NCBI RefSeq assembly: GCF_036516575.1
Contig: NZ_DATBTY010000018.1
Coordinates: 3,882 to 67,881, forward strand
DNA from: Cerasibacillus sp.
Lineage (GTDB): Bacteria; Bacillota; Bacilli; Bacillales; Amphibacillaceae
DNA length: 64,000 nucleotides
Direction: 5' to 3'
Shown here one piece after another: positions 20,694 through 30,916 of this stretch (position 1 is its first letter; the number at the start of each line of letters is the position of its first letter). The position numbers were made by a program, and so were the translations under genes. The notes under the pieces are model-generated. The model saw nothing but the letters and a program-made list of their open reading frames with translations, ran no database searches and was not told where the DNA came from.

Positions 20694-20797
20694 ATGAAAC
20701 GGGTCATCCTTTTATATATAATAGGATGACCCTTAATAGATTAAAGGGACGATCTGATTTCGCCTGTTCCTAGGAGACTCATCAACTCTAATTCTCT

Positions 20798-21032
20798 TTA
20801 TCTATTACGATTAAGCTGTTTGATCATGTCAATCCTTTCCCTTGTTTGTTGCCAATTGATAGAAAACAACAACCAATTTTCGCCAATTCGCTCTACATTT
20901 AAGATGATATTTTCTTTACTCAGCGGAGGCAATTTTGTTTTATGTATGATGTTGTTCTTCCCCTATATCTTCTAGTAAAATAATCGCGTCTTTCCCTTCA
21001 AATCGATCAATATGCCCACTATATTGTTCACA
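20798..21032 (-). pseudogene. Frameshifted DUF3006-family paralog
   Basis: HIDRFEGKDAIILLEDIGEEQH in one frame continues as IHKTKLPPLSKENII in another; matches GILDRFEGNLAVILVE...KHKLPP of 22632-22889. Confidence 0.55.
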
Positions 21033-21355
21033 TTGGCTAAATAATGGTGTCTTATGTTGCGGAAAATAAGTCAATGTTTTTACATATGGATTTAGTAAAA
21101 AAGAGGTCACTCCAATTATTACAGCGAATTTTTCTAGCAAGAAACATGGACTCCTTCCTCATGTTTTCTTTATTATCGGTTATTTTTCTTTTACGTGCAT
21201 ACAAGCATAATAAATATATACGTAGTTACGCCATGATAAAATATGTTTTTCCTCTAGTTAAAGTCGCATTTTTCTATCTGACTAACACTTAATCAGTTGA
21301 TTTTACATCTAATTTGTGTAAATTAATGATAGACAATAGATTTGGGGGAATAAGT

Positions 21356-22618
21356 TTGAAACGCTATTTAGCATTATTAATCACCATGATACTCTTCATG
21401 ACAGGGTGTCAATTACAAGTAAATGATTCACTAGAATCAAAAGAAAAAACTGGTGCAATAGAAACCACCACAAATGACGAACAGACTTCTACTTCAGAAA
21501 CAAAATCAAAGTCAGCACCGAAAGAAGAGAAGAAAGAAAACATACAAAAAGAAAAGAAGCAAACTAAAACAAGTCATAAACAGCCTAACTCAACATTGAC
21601 GATTCACTATATTGATGTCGGACAAGCAGATGCGACATTGTTTACATATGACAATCACGCCATTTTATTTGATACAGGTGATTGGAAACGGAGTGATACC
21701 GTTGAATATTTAGAACGAATTGGCGTGACGGGGCTTGATTTAATCATTATTAGTCACCCGGATGCAGACCATATTGGGCAATTACCAGAAATAATCAATT
21801 CATTTAATGTTGACGAAGTGTGGATGTCCGGTAATGAAAGCTCGTCACAAGTTTTCCAACGGTCAATTGAAGGAATATTAGCAAACGATATTAACTATCA
21901 TGAACCACGAACAGGTGAATCGTTTACAATCGGGGCACTTGAGGTGGAGGTCGTTCATCCACAAACAATATCTGGTCATGTGAATGAAGAATCATTATCT
22001 GTACACTTTACTTATGGCGAACATCAATTTTTATTTACAGGTGATGCTGACACACAAGCTGAAACACAAATGCTTCATACGAATCAAAACTTAAAAGCAA
22101 ATGTATTACATATCGGTCATCATGGATCAAACACATCAAGTGGACAATCATTTCTCGATTCAGTTCAACCTGAGATTGCCATTATCAGTGTTGGTGAGAA
22201 CAATTCTTATGGGCATCCTCATCCAGATATTTTGAACCGATTGGAGAACTCTGGGATTCAGATATATCGAACCGATCTTAATGGCACCATCCAGTTAACG
22301 ACAGATGGAAAAAACTATTCAATAAAAACAGTGAAAACAATCAGTGCGAAAAAAGAACAACAGAAACAGCCGAATCTATCACCAAAGAAGAAAAAAGCAA
22401 AGCCGGCTGCGAATAAGTCCACAACCAAAAACTGTATTAACCTTAATAAAGCTTCAGTTGAAGAGTTACAAAACATCACTCATATCGGGCCAGACCGAGC
22501 AGAACAAATCACTAAATTACGCCCATTCTCATCTGTTGAAGAACTATCGAGAGTCAAAGGCATTGGACCAGCCCGAATCAAAGATATTAAAGATGAAGGC
22601 TTAGCTTGTACAAAATAA
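21356..22618 (+). CDS. ComEC/Rec2-type MBL-fold hydrolase lipoprotein with C-terminal ComEA-like HhH domain
   Basis: Lipobox MTGC; IDVGQADA, SHPDADHIG, LFTGDA and GHHGS; INLNKAS...IGP...VKGIGP; TTG start at 21356. Confidence 0.85.
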   Translation: MKRYLALLITMILFMTGCQLQVNDSLESKEKTGAIETTTNDEQTSTSETKSKSAPKEEKKENIQKEKKQTKTSHKQPNSTLTIHYIDVGQADATLFTYDNHAILFDTGDWKRSDTVEYLERIGVTGLDLIIISHPDADHIGQLPEIINSFNVDEVWMSGNESSSQVFQRSIEGILANDINYHEPRTGESFTIGALEVEVVHPQTISGHVNEESLSVHFTYGEHQFLFTGDADTQAETQMLHTNQNLKANVLHIGHHGSNTSSGQSFLDSVQPEIAIISVGENNSYGHPHPDILNRLENSGIQIYRTDLNGTIQLTTDGKNYSIKTVKTISAKKEQQKQPNLSPKKKKAKPAANKSTTKNCINLNKASVEELQNITHIGPDRAEQITKLRPFSSVEELSRVKGIGPARIKDIKDEGLACTK

Positions 22619-22631
22619 GGAGGACTTGCTA

Positions 22632-22889
22632 ATGAAAGGAATTCTTGATCGTTTTGAAGGAAACTTAGCAGTTATTTTAGTTGAAGCGGCAAAAGAAGAA
22701 TTCACCGTACCAAAACACAAGTTACCACCTGGAAGTCAAGTGGACACATATTTCGAATTAAAAAAAGACGGACAATCCTATCAAATTATCAAGATTGCTG
22801 AATCAAAAACGAAAGTAGAAAAACAAAAAACGAGCGACTTAATGGCAAAATTACGCGCTCGTAAAACCGGAAGTAAGTATAAAAAATAA
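22632..22889 (+). CDS. DUF3006 family protein
   Basis: GILDRFEG...LPPGS pattern; usual neighbour of ComEC-like MBL genes; ATG 22632 after AGGAGG. Confidence 0.8.
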   Translation: MKGILDRFEGNLAVILVEAAKEEFTVPKHKLPPGSQVDTYFELKKDGQSYQIIKIAESKTKVEKQKTSDLMAKLRARKTGSKYKK

Positions 22890-22934
22890 CTTACTATTGT
22901 CCTTACTTCAGTGATGTTTAGTGGGTAGTAAGGC

Positions 22935-23010
22935 TTACGGGTACTTCACATCAGATTTCGAGACTGTTGTACCCGTAGCACGCACCTTACAGGTATTTCA
23001 CACCCTGGAC
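22935..23010. repeat. Short partial family D 52-bp repeat (copy D2)
   Basis: GGGTAC-N24-GTACCC at 22939-22974, same geometry as D1; TTACRGGTAYTTCACA recurs at +52. Confidence 0.5.
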
Positions 23011-23027
23011 TACGCCACGCTTGTCGT

Positions 23028-24944
23028 TCACACGATTTCCTTTTTACGACGGTAAAATCCTATACAACCTAATAGGATAATCACACTGCCAATCGCTAAA
23101 TAATTGTACATATTTGTACTTGTATTAGGTAACTTCTTACCAACTTTCTCTTGTTCGTCAGCTGTATTATCAGGTGATTGGTTTACATGTTTTTCACTAT
23201 GACGCTGCTTTTCCTGTTCCTCACCTTGTTTATTCTGATTAGACTTTTTCATCGCTGTAAAATCAAATACCGCTCCCTCGCCCGACAGATATTTTTGATA
23301 AGCAAGTAAAGCTAAAAAAGCTTGCTGAGTTGCCATGACATTCGATTCTTCGTGGATCACATGTTTAAAACCCCCATCTTGAGCTACATACTTGAATAAA
23401 TGTTCGAGTAAATGTCCACCAGGTGTCGTAAAAGCATCACTTGTCGGATCGATATCTAAAGCTGTAAGCGCGATAATCACTTGTGATGTCGTTTCACTTG
23501 GATGGCCACTCCATTCATCATAGTAACCACCAACTTCTTGCAATTCTTCTTTTAAAAATCTAAGCGCATGATCAATCGCTTGTTTAATATTTTTTTCATG
23601 TTGGTATGGAGCAAGTGCTTGTAAGACCATCGCCGTAATATCAACCGTTGACACATCACCAAACCAAGCCCAGCCACCATCAGAGAGTTGTGTGTGAAGC
23701 AGCGTATCAACAAGGTGTTTTCGAACGTGTTCATCTGCCTCGTAAGCACCACTATCCAATGCTAGTAAGCCATAAATAACAGAATTAATGGATGGCGATG
23801 CTTTTTTAAACTCTGGGTGCTGCACCAATTTATCAATTAAATGAAAACCATTAAAATCATTCGCATCTTCACCTAATGCTGTTAAAGTGATGATGATTTT
23901 CTCCAATGCAAAAATATTCTCTACAACATTTTCATCTTTAAGCACTTGTTTGATGCTTTCTCTATATGTTCCTGAAATTGGTTCATTTGTGTGGACCCAG
24001 CCCCAAACCCACCATTCATCACCGTACTCGAGATTACCCTGTTGCACAATATACCCCATGGTTTGCTTAATCTGCTTTTGAATAAGCGAATTTGAAAAAG
24101 GAGGTATTTTCTTTAATCGTTCTCTCTGTTCTAAAACATTATCCGAAACATCGACGACTTTTGAATCGTCTGCTTTCTCTTTTGTATCTTTCTTTTCGTT
24201 CTGTGGTTCATCAACAACCGGTTTAGAGTGAATGTCTTCTTGTTTCTGTGGTACTTCCAATTCAATAGAGAGTTGATCCCCATCAGCAACTTGATACGCA
24301 GCAACCTTTTCTTCTATTAATTCATCATTAATAGTGACACGTAAAACTTCTTTCGAATCAATCACGTAAACAAAATGGCCGTCATCCATGCTTAGCGTAA
24401 GTGGCTTATCAGCTTTTGTTGCTAATTGAGACAACACATCATAAACGGTCGCATATGCAGAAACTGTTACCTCTGTTTCAGGAATAATTGATTCCCCAAC
24501 AACATTTGAAACCGAAACATCGACAGCAACCGATGGATCAAAATCATCTAGATCCCTTAACGCCAACATAAGATGATCGCCATGGTTCACTTCGTATGAT
24601 GAGATACCTGTATCAGCGCTTTTCCCATTAACTACAAACGACCAAAAAAATTGATCTGCTCCATCTTTTCCTGCAATTGCCTGAATAAAGGCTCCATACT
24701 CTGTATCTGTATAATCGACATCAATTCCTAGTTTTTCAGCACCAGCTAACCATGCTCCTAATGCTGTTTCATCATCTGATACCGGGACAACGGTTACCGG
24801 AACAACAATCTCACCATGTTCATCAACAGCGGAGATCATGACCGCCTTATCGAATGATTCCGCTTGGGTAACATGATGTTGTAACAAATTTAACTGACTA
24901 AAAAGTAAGAAAAACGTAAAAATGATGGCTAATCTCTTTCTCAA
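23028..24944 (-). CDS. Sortase-anchored DUF4430 plus prenyltransferase/squalene-oxidase-repeat surface protein (transcobalamin-like architecture)
   Basis: Signal peptide; FWSFVVNGKSADTGISSY; QLSDGGW, VDITAMVLQAL and DGGFKH repeats; LPNTS + TM + RRKK tail. Confidence 0.75.
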   Translation of the reverse strand: MRKRLAIIFTFFLLFSQLNLLQHHVTQAESFDKAVMISAVDEHGEIVVPVTVVPVSDDETALGAWLAGAEKLGIDVDYTDTEYGAFIQAIAGKDGADQFFWSFVVNGKSADTGISSYEVNHGDHLMLALRDLDDFDPSVAVDVSVSNVVGESIIPETEVTVSAYATVYDVLSQLATKADKPLTLSMDDGHFVYVIDSKEVLRVTINDELIEEKVAAYQVADGDQLSIELEVPQKQEDIHSKPVVDEPQNEKKDTKEKADDSKVVDVSDNVLEQRERLKKIPPFSNSLIQKQIKQTMGYIVQQGNLEYGDEWWVWGWVHTNEPISGTYRESIKQVLKDENVVENIFALEKIIITLTALGEDANDFNGFHLIDKLVQHPEFKKASPSINSVIYGLLALDSGAYEADEHVRKHLVDTLLHTQLSDGGWAWFGDVSTVDITAMVLQALAPYQHEKNIKQAIDHALRFLKEELQEVGGYYDEWSGHPSETTSQVIIALTALDIDPTSDAFTTPGGHLLEHLFKYVAQDGGFKHVIHEESNVMATQQAFLALLAYQKYLSGEGAVFDFTAMKKSNQNKQGEEQEKQRHSEKHVNQSPDNTADEQEKVGKKLPNTSTNMYNYLAIGSVIILLGCIGFYRRKKEIV

Positions 24945-24947
24945 TGA

Positions 24948-25847
24948 TTAAACCTCCTTTGATTTTGAATATGTTGTTAAAAACTGTTCAACGTCATATG
25001 CTGTTGGCATACCACCCTGTGCACCCATCTTTGTAACCGAAAGAGCTGAAGCGGCGTTAGCCATTCTAACTGCACAATCAAGCGGTTGACTTCTTGCTAA
25101 TTGATTAGCAAATGCCCCATTAAACGTATCCCCTGCACCTGTTGTATCAACAACTGGTACAGTAAAAGCTGGAATCAACTCATCATTTTTGATTATATGT
25201 ACGCCTTGTTCACCTAATGTCATAACGATTTTATGCTGTAATTGAACATCAAGCTTATGAACATGCATCGCTTCTGCTTCCGTTTCATTCGGTGTCACGT
25301 AGGTTACCTTATGAAGTAATTCTCCTGGTAAAGCTTGAAAAGGAGCTGGATTTAATATGACATCAATCCCACACGCATGCGCCAAGTCGACTGTATAGGC
25401 AATTGTCTCGAGCGGAATTTCCAATTGTAAAAGAACCACATCACTTTGTTCAATCAATTGGCGATGCTGTTTAACGACATCTGGTGTCAACTGATGATTT
25501 GCTCCTGGTGCAACGATAATTCGGTTGTCGTTATTAGACAAAATAATATTCGCAACCCCTGTTGGTTCATTTTGAATGACCATTACCCCTTCTGAGTGAA
25601 TGCCTTCCTTTTTTAAATGATTGATTAAATCATGACCAAACACATCATCACCGACCGCCCCAATCATCGTTACTTCTGAACCTAATCTAGCAGCAGCAAC
25701 TGCTTGATTTGCCCCTTTTCCACCTGGGTATGTCGCAAATTGTTCCCCTAAAACAGTTTCTCCTTGTGCTGGCATTTTTTTAGTGGTCATTACAACATCC
25801 ATATTAATGCTTCCGACCACACAGACACGATTTTTCTTTTCTACCAT
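24948..25847 (-). CDS. rbsK: Ribokinase
   Basis: GSINMD, GGKGANQAVAAARLG, NETEA and DTTGAGDTF motifs. Confidence 0.92.
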   Translation of the reverse strand: MVEKKNRVCVVGSINMDVVMTTKKMPAQGETVLGEQFATYPGGKGANQAVAAARLGSEVTMIGAVGDDVFGHDLINHLKKEGIHSEGVMVIQNEPTGVANIILSNNDNRIIVAPGANHQLTPDVVKQHRQLIEQSDVVLLQLEIPLETIAYTVDLAHACGIDVILNPAPFQALPGELLHKVTYVTPNETEAEAMHVHKLDVQLQHKIVMTLGEQGVHIIKNDELIPAFTVPVVDTTGAGDTFNGAFANQLARSQPLDCAVRMANAASALSVTKMGAQGGMPTAYDVEQFLTTYSKSKEV

Positions 25848-26137
25848 GATGTACACCCTTTCGAACATTAATCTGCTAAAATTATACCATGTACCCTATT
25901 AAATATAATGTGATTTCACAATTAATTTTCGCCTTTTTCATAGATTTTTCGTCATAATTCCATTATAATATATACGTTGCCTAAAATGACTCACATCCTT
26001 CTTTTCAATAACTCATTTTATGTGGTATTTTTTTATATTTTGTGAAAACCTTTTCTTTTTTTATGGTCAAGAAAGGGATTTCACTTATCAGAACATCACG
26101 AATAATAAACATTATAGCAAATTTGGAGGTAAGTTAA

Positions 26138-27130
26138 ATGAGTTGGATTAAAAATTTCTTTCTGTATTTATCAGAGAACCAGATGCTTAACAAAGGAGCC
26201 AAACGCTGGGGTTTAAAACTCGGAGCACAGTCTGTTGTTGCAGGTACAAACATTCCGGAAATGATTGAAAGTATTAAAAAACTAAACCAACACGGGATCT
26301 CCTGCACAATCGATAACCTAGGCGAATTTGTTTTTGAAAAAGAGGAAGCGACTCAAGCTAAAGAAGAAATCATTCGTGTCATCGAAGCCATTCATGAACA
26401 TGAAGTCGATGCACATATCTCTTTAAAGCCGACACAACTTGGTTTAGATATCGATTATGACTTTTGCTTAGCCAATTTAAAAGAGATTATGGAAAAAGCA
26501 AAATCATATGACATCTTCGTTAATATGGATATGGAAGATTACGATCATTTACAGCCATCATTCGACTTATTAGATGAGCTTGCTAAAGAATATGATAATA
26601 TTGGAACAGTTATTCAAGCATACTTCTTTGAATCTGTTGATAATGTTCAAACATATAAAGATTACCGTTTGCGTCTTGTTAAAGGTGCTTATAAAGAACC
26701 AGAAACTGTTGCCTACCAAGATAAAAAAGATATCGACGCAAACTTCCTAAAATTGATTGAATATCATCTATTAAGTGGTAAATTTACTTCTATTGCAACA
26801 CATGATCATCATGTCATCGATTATGTGAAGAAATTTGTTAAAGAAAATAACATACCAAATGATAAATTCGAATTCCAAATGCTCTACGGTTTCCGTAAAG
26901 ACTTACAAATCGAATTAGCTAAAGAAGGTTACAACTTCTGTACGTATGTACCATTTGGCGAAGACTGGTACGGTTACTTTATGCGTCGTTTAGCTGAACG
27001 CCCACAGAACCTCAACCTCGTCGCTAAACAAGTATTTAATAAAAAGACAAATACGATTCTCGGTGTAGCAGCAGGTGCCTTCTTACTCGGAAGATTAACA
27101 AAGAAGAGAAATAAAAATAAAGAAGACTAA
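26138..27130 (+). CDS. putB: Proline dehydrogenase (monofunctional)
   Basis: SLKPTQLG, DMED, RLVKGAY, IATHD, FQMLYG and YFMRRLAERP motifs. Confidence 0.92.
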   Translation: MSWIKNFFLYLSENQMLNKGAKRWGLKLGAQSVVAGTNIPEMIESIKKLNQHGISCTIDNLGEFVFEKEEATQAKEEIIRVIEAIHEHEVDAHISLKPTQLGLDIDYDFCLANLKEIMEKAKSYDIFVNMDMEDYDHLQPSFDLLDELAKEYDNIGTVIQAYFFESVDNVQTYKDYRLRLVKGAYKEPETVAYQDKKDIDANFLKLIEYHLLSGKFTSIATHDHHVIDYVKKFVKENNIPNDKFEFQMLYGFRKDLQIELAKEGYNFCTYVPFGEDWYGYFMRRLAERPQNLNLVAKQVFNKKTNTILGVAAGAFLLGRLTKKRNKNKED

Positions 27131-27225
27131 TCCAAAAGTAGAAAAAAAGATTGTTCTGTAGAGGAACAGTCTTTTTTTATTCATATATAAAATCCCTCCC
27201 ACTTGGGGAAGGATTTTAGTTAATG

Positions 27226-27597
27226 TTAATTCAATTGTAGTGATTTCTTAGCATTCATAATTGCTTCAATTACATAATCAGCTTTTACAACTTCAGCTTC
27301 TTTTAATAAGCTATCTTTTGACACATCATTATGTTCCATACAAGAAGAACAAACTTTGAACTTACCACCATTTTCTAAATAAGCCGGTAGTAATTTTTTA
27401 ATTGGTAAGAATGGTTCACCGATATCAATTTTATCCGCATATCCTTCTGCTGCTAAATTAACAGCATCAGATAACAATAAAATTTCCACCGAGTAACCTT
27501 GTTCTAATGCTTTAACCCCCATTGTAAAAGCGATTGTCACGTTATTAGCATCTCTTTCGTGTGCAGTTAGTGTAATTAATAAATCTGTTTGACTCAT
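27226..27597 (-). CDS. DsrE-family protein
   Basis: LLLSDAV and VCSSCM motifs, about 123 aa; start moved to 27597. Confidence 0.75.
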   Translation of the reverse strand: MSQTDLLITLTAHERDANNVTIAFTMGVKALEQGYSVEILLLSDAVNLAAEGYADKIDIGEPFLPIKKLLPAYLENGGKFKVCSSCMEHNDVSKDSLLKEAEVVKADYVIEAIMNAKKSLQLN

Positions 27598-27710
27598 TTT
27601 GACAGACCTCCATTTATTTTTAATACCCGTACAGGTATATAATGCATGATTGTGCATGCAAAAATCAATTATTTTGCCCGAGAATCTAAATGTTTTTTAA
27701 TTAGTATACG

Positions 27711-28895
27711 CTATTGCTTGGAAAACATGCCGTCCCAAACAATCCGTTCATATTGAACTGGGTCGGTATTCCCTTCCGTATTAATAAATAATACATTTGC
27801 TTTATCATCTAATTGCAATTGTTCACGCAATGGAAGATATGTATCATTTCGCATGATTTCTATAAAAGTACCAAATGGAGCGGCACCCGATTCACCTGCA
27901 ATAATCCGTGGGTCATTATCAAGAGGGTGTCCTAAGATACGCATCCCTTGTGCTGCCGTTTCATCAGGTACAGAAATAAATAGATCAACCGTATCTTTTA
28001 ACAGATTCCAAGCGACTGGATTCGGTTTTCCACATGATAAGCCAGCCATAATCGTCTGTAAATCACCTGTCACAATTTGTGCTTCTCCATCATGCTGACG
28101 TGCTGATTGATAAAAACAATTCGCTGCATGTGGTTCAACGAGGATAATTTTTATTTTCTCTTTTCCGTCATATTGTAGAAAAAACTGTACCATCGAAGCA
28201 GCGAATGAACCAACGCCAGCCTGTAAGAAAATATGAGTTGGACGCTGATTCCCTAAAGAATCAACAGTTTCTAAGGCAACTGTTTGATAGCCCTCCATAA
28301 TCCATTGCGGAATTTTCTCATAGCCAGCCCAAGCGGTATCTTGAACAAAAACCCAATTATTTCTCTTAGCAAGATTCGCACAATATTCAACTGTCTCATC
28401 ATAATTCACATCTGTTACATACGCTTTTGCGCCTGTCCGCAGTATATGATCCACTCTTAAAGGAGATGCTCCTTTTGGCAAATATATAATCGCCCGGTGG
28501 CCAAGTTGCTCAGCCGCCCAAGCAACACCACGCCCGTGATTACCATCAGTAGCCGAAATAAATGTTAACTCTCCCAATGTATCTTTTGTGGCTTGCAATT
28601 GTTCAAATGTCAACTTTTGAAAATCAACCTCTAACCGTTCAGCGATATATTTTCCAATCGCATAGGTTGCCCCCAATACTTTAAAAGCTTGTAAATCAAA
28701 GCGTGATGATTCATCCTTAACAAAAATATTCCCTACCCCTAGGTACGTACTCAGGTGATTAAGCCGGTGAAGTGATGTTGGTGTATACGCTGGTATTGTC
28801 CCATGATAGCGTTTAACAACTTGACTAATCGATACAATATCGGAGTTCTCTCCCACTGTCTTCCTTACTCGATGCTTATTATCTACCCATTTCAT
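27711..28895 (-). CDS. dpaL: Diaminopropionate ammonia-lyase
   Basis: KDESSRFDLQAFKVLG PLP lysine, TDGNHGRGVAW, QDTAW and IMAGLSCG motifs. Confidence 0.9.
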   Translation of the reverse strand: MKWVDNKHRVRKTVGENSDIVSISQVVKRYHGTIPAYTPTSLHRLNHLSTYLGVGNIFVKDESSRFDLQAFKVLGATYAIGKYIAERLEVDFQKLTFEQLQATKDTLGELTFISATDGNHGRGVAWAAEQLGHRAIIYLPKGASPLRVDHILRTGAKAYVTDVNYDETVEYCANLAKRNNWVFVQDTAWAGYEKIPQWIMEGYQTVALETVDSLGNQRPTHIFLQAGVGSFAASMVQFFLQYDGKEKIKIILVEPHAANCFYQSARQHDGEAQIVTGDLQTIMAGLSCGKPNPVAWNLLKDTVDLFISVPDETAAQGMRILGHPLDNDPRIIAGESGAAPFGTFIEIMRNDTYLPLREQLQLDDKANVLFINTEGNTDPVQYERIVWDGMFSKQ

Positions 28896-29171
28896 CTTAA
28901 CTTCCCCCTCGTATAGTATGTTTAGACATTATTTTTCGCCTTTTCAATTTGATTAATTCATAAAAATTTGTCTCTGCTAGTGCACGTTACTTTCCACTGC
29001 AGGCGGACGCTTTCCGTTCCAAGTAACTTGGTTTGGATAAAATTTATTAGTTAGTAGTGACCTTAAATTAATATGGCAAATGTCTTAGACGTTCCATAAT
29101 TCCTAAATAATAAATGAAAAAGATGTTCTTCCGTTTACTAAATGTTAACGAAAGAACATCTTTTCTGCAAA

Positions 29172-29864
29172 TTATGATTTAAACTCCGAAAACTCATTTT
29201 CAGCATGAAGTTCAAGCGTTTCAATCGTTGAACGTAAGCTTCTTCTAATATGTGCACGCATTGCTTCCTCAACTTGATCAGCCTGTTTCAATTGCAGTAA
29301 TGTCAATATTTGACGGTGTTCTTGTAGGACGGCTTCCGGTTCATAACTTGGATTGGCATAGCTACTAATACGACGGTATCTTGCTATTCGACTTTCTAAC
29401 TGTTTTAGAAAATGTGTCGCTACCTCATTAGCACTCGCCTTTTGTAAAACTTTATGGAATTCCGCTCCGTATTTAACCAAATCTTCTTTCCGCTTCGTTT
29501 TTGCAGAGGCTTCCATCAACACAAGGACATCCTCTAGCGCATGAAAGTCACGTTCAGTCAACTTATGAGTCGCTTCTTTAGCAATGAGCCCTTCAAGTAC
29601 TTCACGCACTTTAAACACATCTTCCGCTTCCTTAATCGTGATCGGGGCGACAATCATTCTACCATTCGGTTGCTTAATGACTAAACGCTCCAGTTCAAGC
29701 CGATATAATGCTTGCCTAAGTGGCGTACGACTCACCTCAACCTCTTTTGACAGTAGTTCTTCTACTAAATGTGTGTTCGGGGCATATTCTAGCTTAATTA
29801 TTTTTTCTTTAATATGTTGATATGCGACATCACTCGCTGATGCACGCCGATTATAATGAACCAT
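29172..29864 (-). CDS. GntR (FadR/FCD) family regulator
   Basis: VSRTPLRQAL HTH plus FCD domain; ATG 29864 after AAAGAGGA. Confidence 0.92.
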   Translation of the reverse strand: MVHYNRRASASDVAYQHIKEKIIKLEYAPNTHLVEELLSKEVEVSRTPLRQALYRLELERLVIKQPNGRMIVAPITIKEAEDVFKVREVLEGLIAKEATHKLTERDFHALEDVLVLMEASAKTKRKEDLVKYGAEFHKVLQKASANEVATHFLKQLESRIARYRRISSYANPSYEPEAVLQEHRQILTLLQLKQADQVEEAMRAHIRRSLRSTIETLELHAENEFSEFKS

Positions 29865-29926
29865 ACAAATTCCTCTTTCTATATCTACTCCCACTATTTT
29901 ACATGAAAAAACTTATTATGACATCC

Positions 29927-30847
29927 TTAGCGATTATTTTCATCCAATGTCGGAATCACCGTTTTAGCAATCGACTCATCAAGTGCCTCATATCCAAAAT
30001 AATCGATAATATCATATAGTTCTTCGCGTGTTTGCATATCATCCAAGACATTTTTTTGTGTTCCGGTTTGATATATTTCGGTAAAGATGCGTTCATATGC
30101 TTTGGCTGCGGCGCGTAAAGATGTCACCGGATAGAGTACCATCTGATAACCTAACTCGGAAAATTCATCCGCCGTATAATACGGTGTCCGACCAAATTCT
30201 GTCATATTGGCGAGTAATGGCACATCAATCGCTTTAGAAAAAGTTTTAAAATCTTCTCTTGTCTGCATCGCCTCAGGGAAAATTGCATCAGCACCTGCCT
30301 CTACATATGCTTTGGCACGTTCGATTGCATTATCTAGCCCTTCCACACTTCCAGCATCAGTACGTGCAACGACATACAAAGTAGGTGCTACTTGCTTCGC
30401 CATTTTAATTTTTTCAACCATCTCGTCTGTTGAAATAAGTTGCTTTCCATTTAAATGACCGCATTTTTTCGGAATCTTTTGGTCTTCTATTTGTACAGCT
30501 GCGACATTTGCTTCGACTAATTCACGAACCGTACGTGCTACGTTTAATGGCCCACCAAATCCGTGATCGGCATCAACTAGTAAAGGTAGATTTGTTGCGC
30601 GAACAATTTCACGAGCGCGCTCTGCTACTTCTGTCGAATTTAATAACCCGATATCTGGAATCCCTAAACTCGCAGTGAACGCTCCACCTGATAAATACAG
30701 CGCTTGAAAACCTACTTTTTTGGCAACTAAACCGGCCATCGCATCATGGGACCCAACAATTTTTAATATCTCTGTTTGCTCAACTAATTGTCTAAATTCG
30801 ATACTTAATTGCTCTTGTGTTTTCTGTTGACTCGTTAACCATGTCAT
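29927..30847 (-). CDS. prpB: 2-methylisocitrate lyase
   Basis: LVDADHGFG, IEDQ, KKCGH, ARTDA and LANMTEFG motifs. Confidence 0.94.
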   Translation of the reverse strand: MTWLTSQQKTQEQLSIEFRQLVEQTEILKIVGSHDAMAGLVAKKVGFQALYLSGGAFTASLGIPDIGLLNSTEVAERAREIVRATNLPLLVDADHGFGGPLNVARTVRELVEANVAAVQIEDQKIPKKCGHLNGKQLISTDEMVEKIKMAKQVAPTLYVVARTDAGSVEGLDNAIERAKAYVEAGADAIFPEAMQTREDFKTFSKAIDVPLLANMTEFGRTPYYTADEFSELGYQMVLYPVTSLRAAAKAYERIFTEIYQTGTQKNVLDDMQTREELYDIIDYFGYEALDESIAKTVIPTLDENNR

Positions 30848-30916
30848 CTTCATTCCTCCTCTGTTAAAACGGAAATGTCTCTTCGACTTAAAACGTGAAG
30901 AGACATTTCACTAAAA

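Noticed and set aside
28990-29030. Fragment resembling a Bacillaceae dispersed repeat (TTCCACTGCAGGCGGACGCTTTCCG)
   Set aside because: Too short and single-copy in this window to support a feature.
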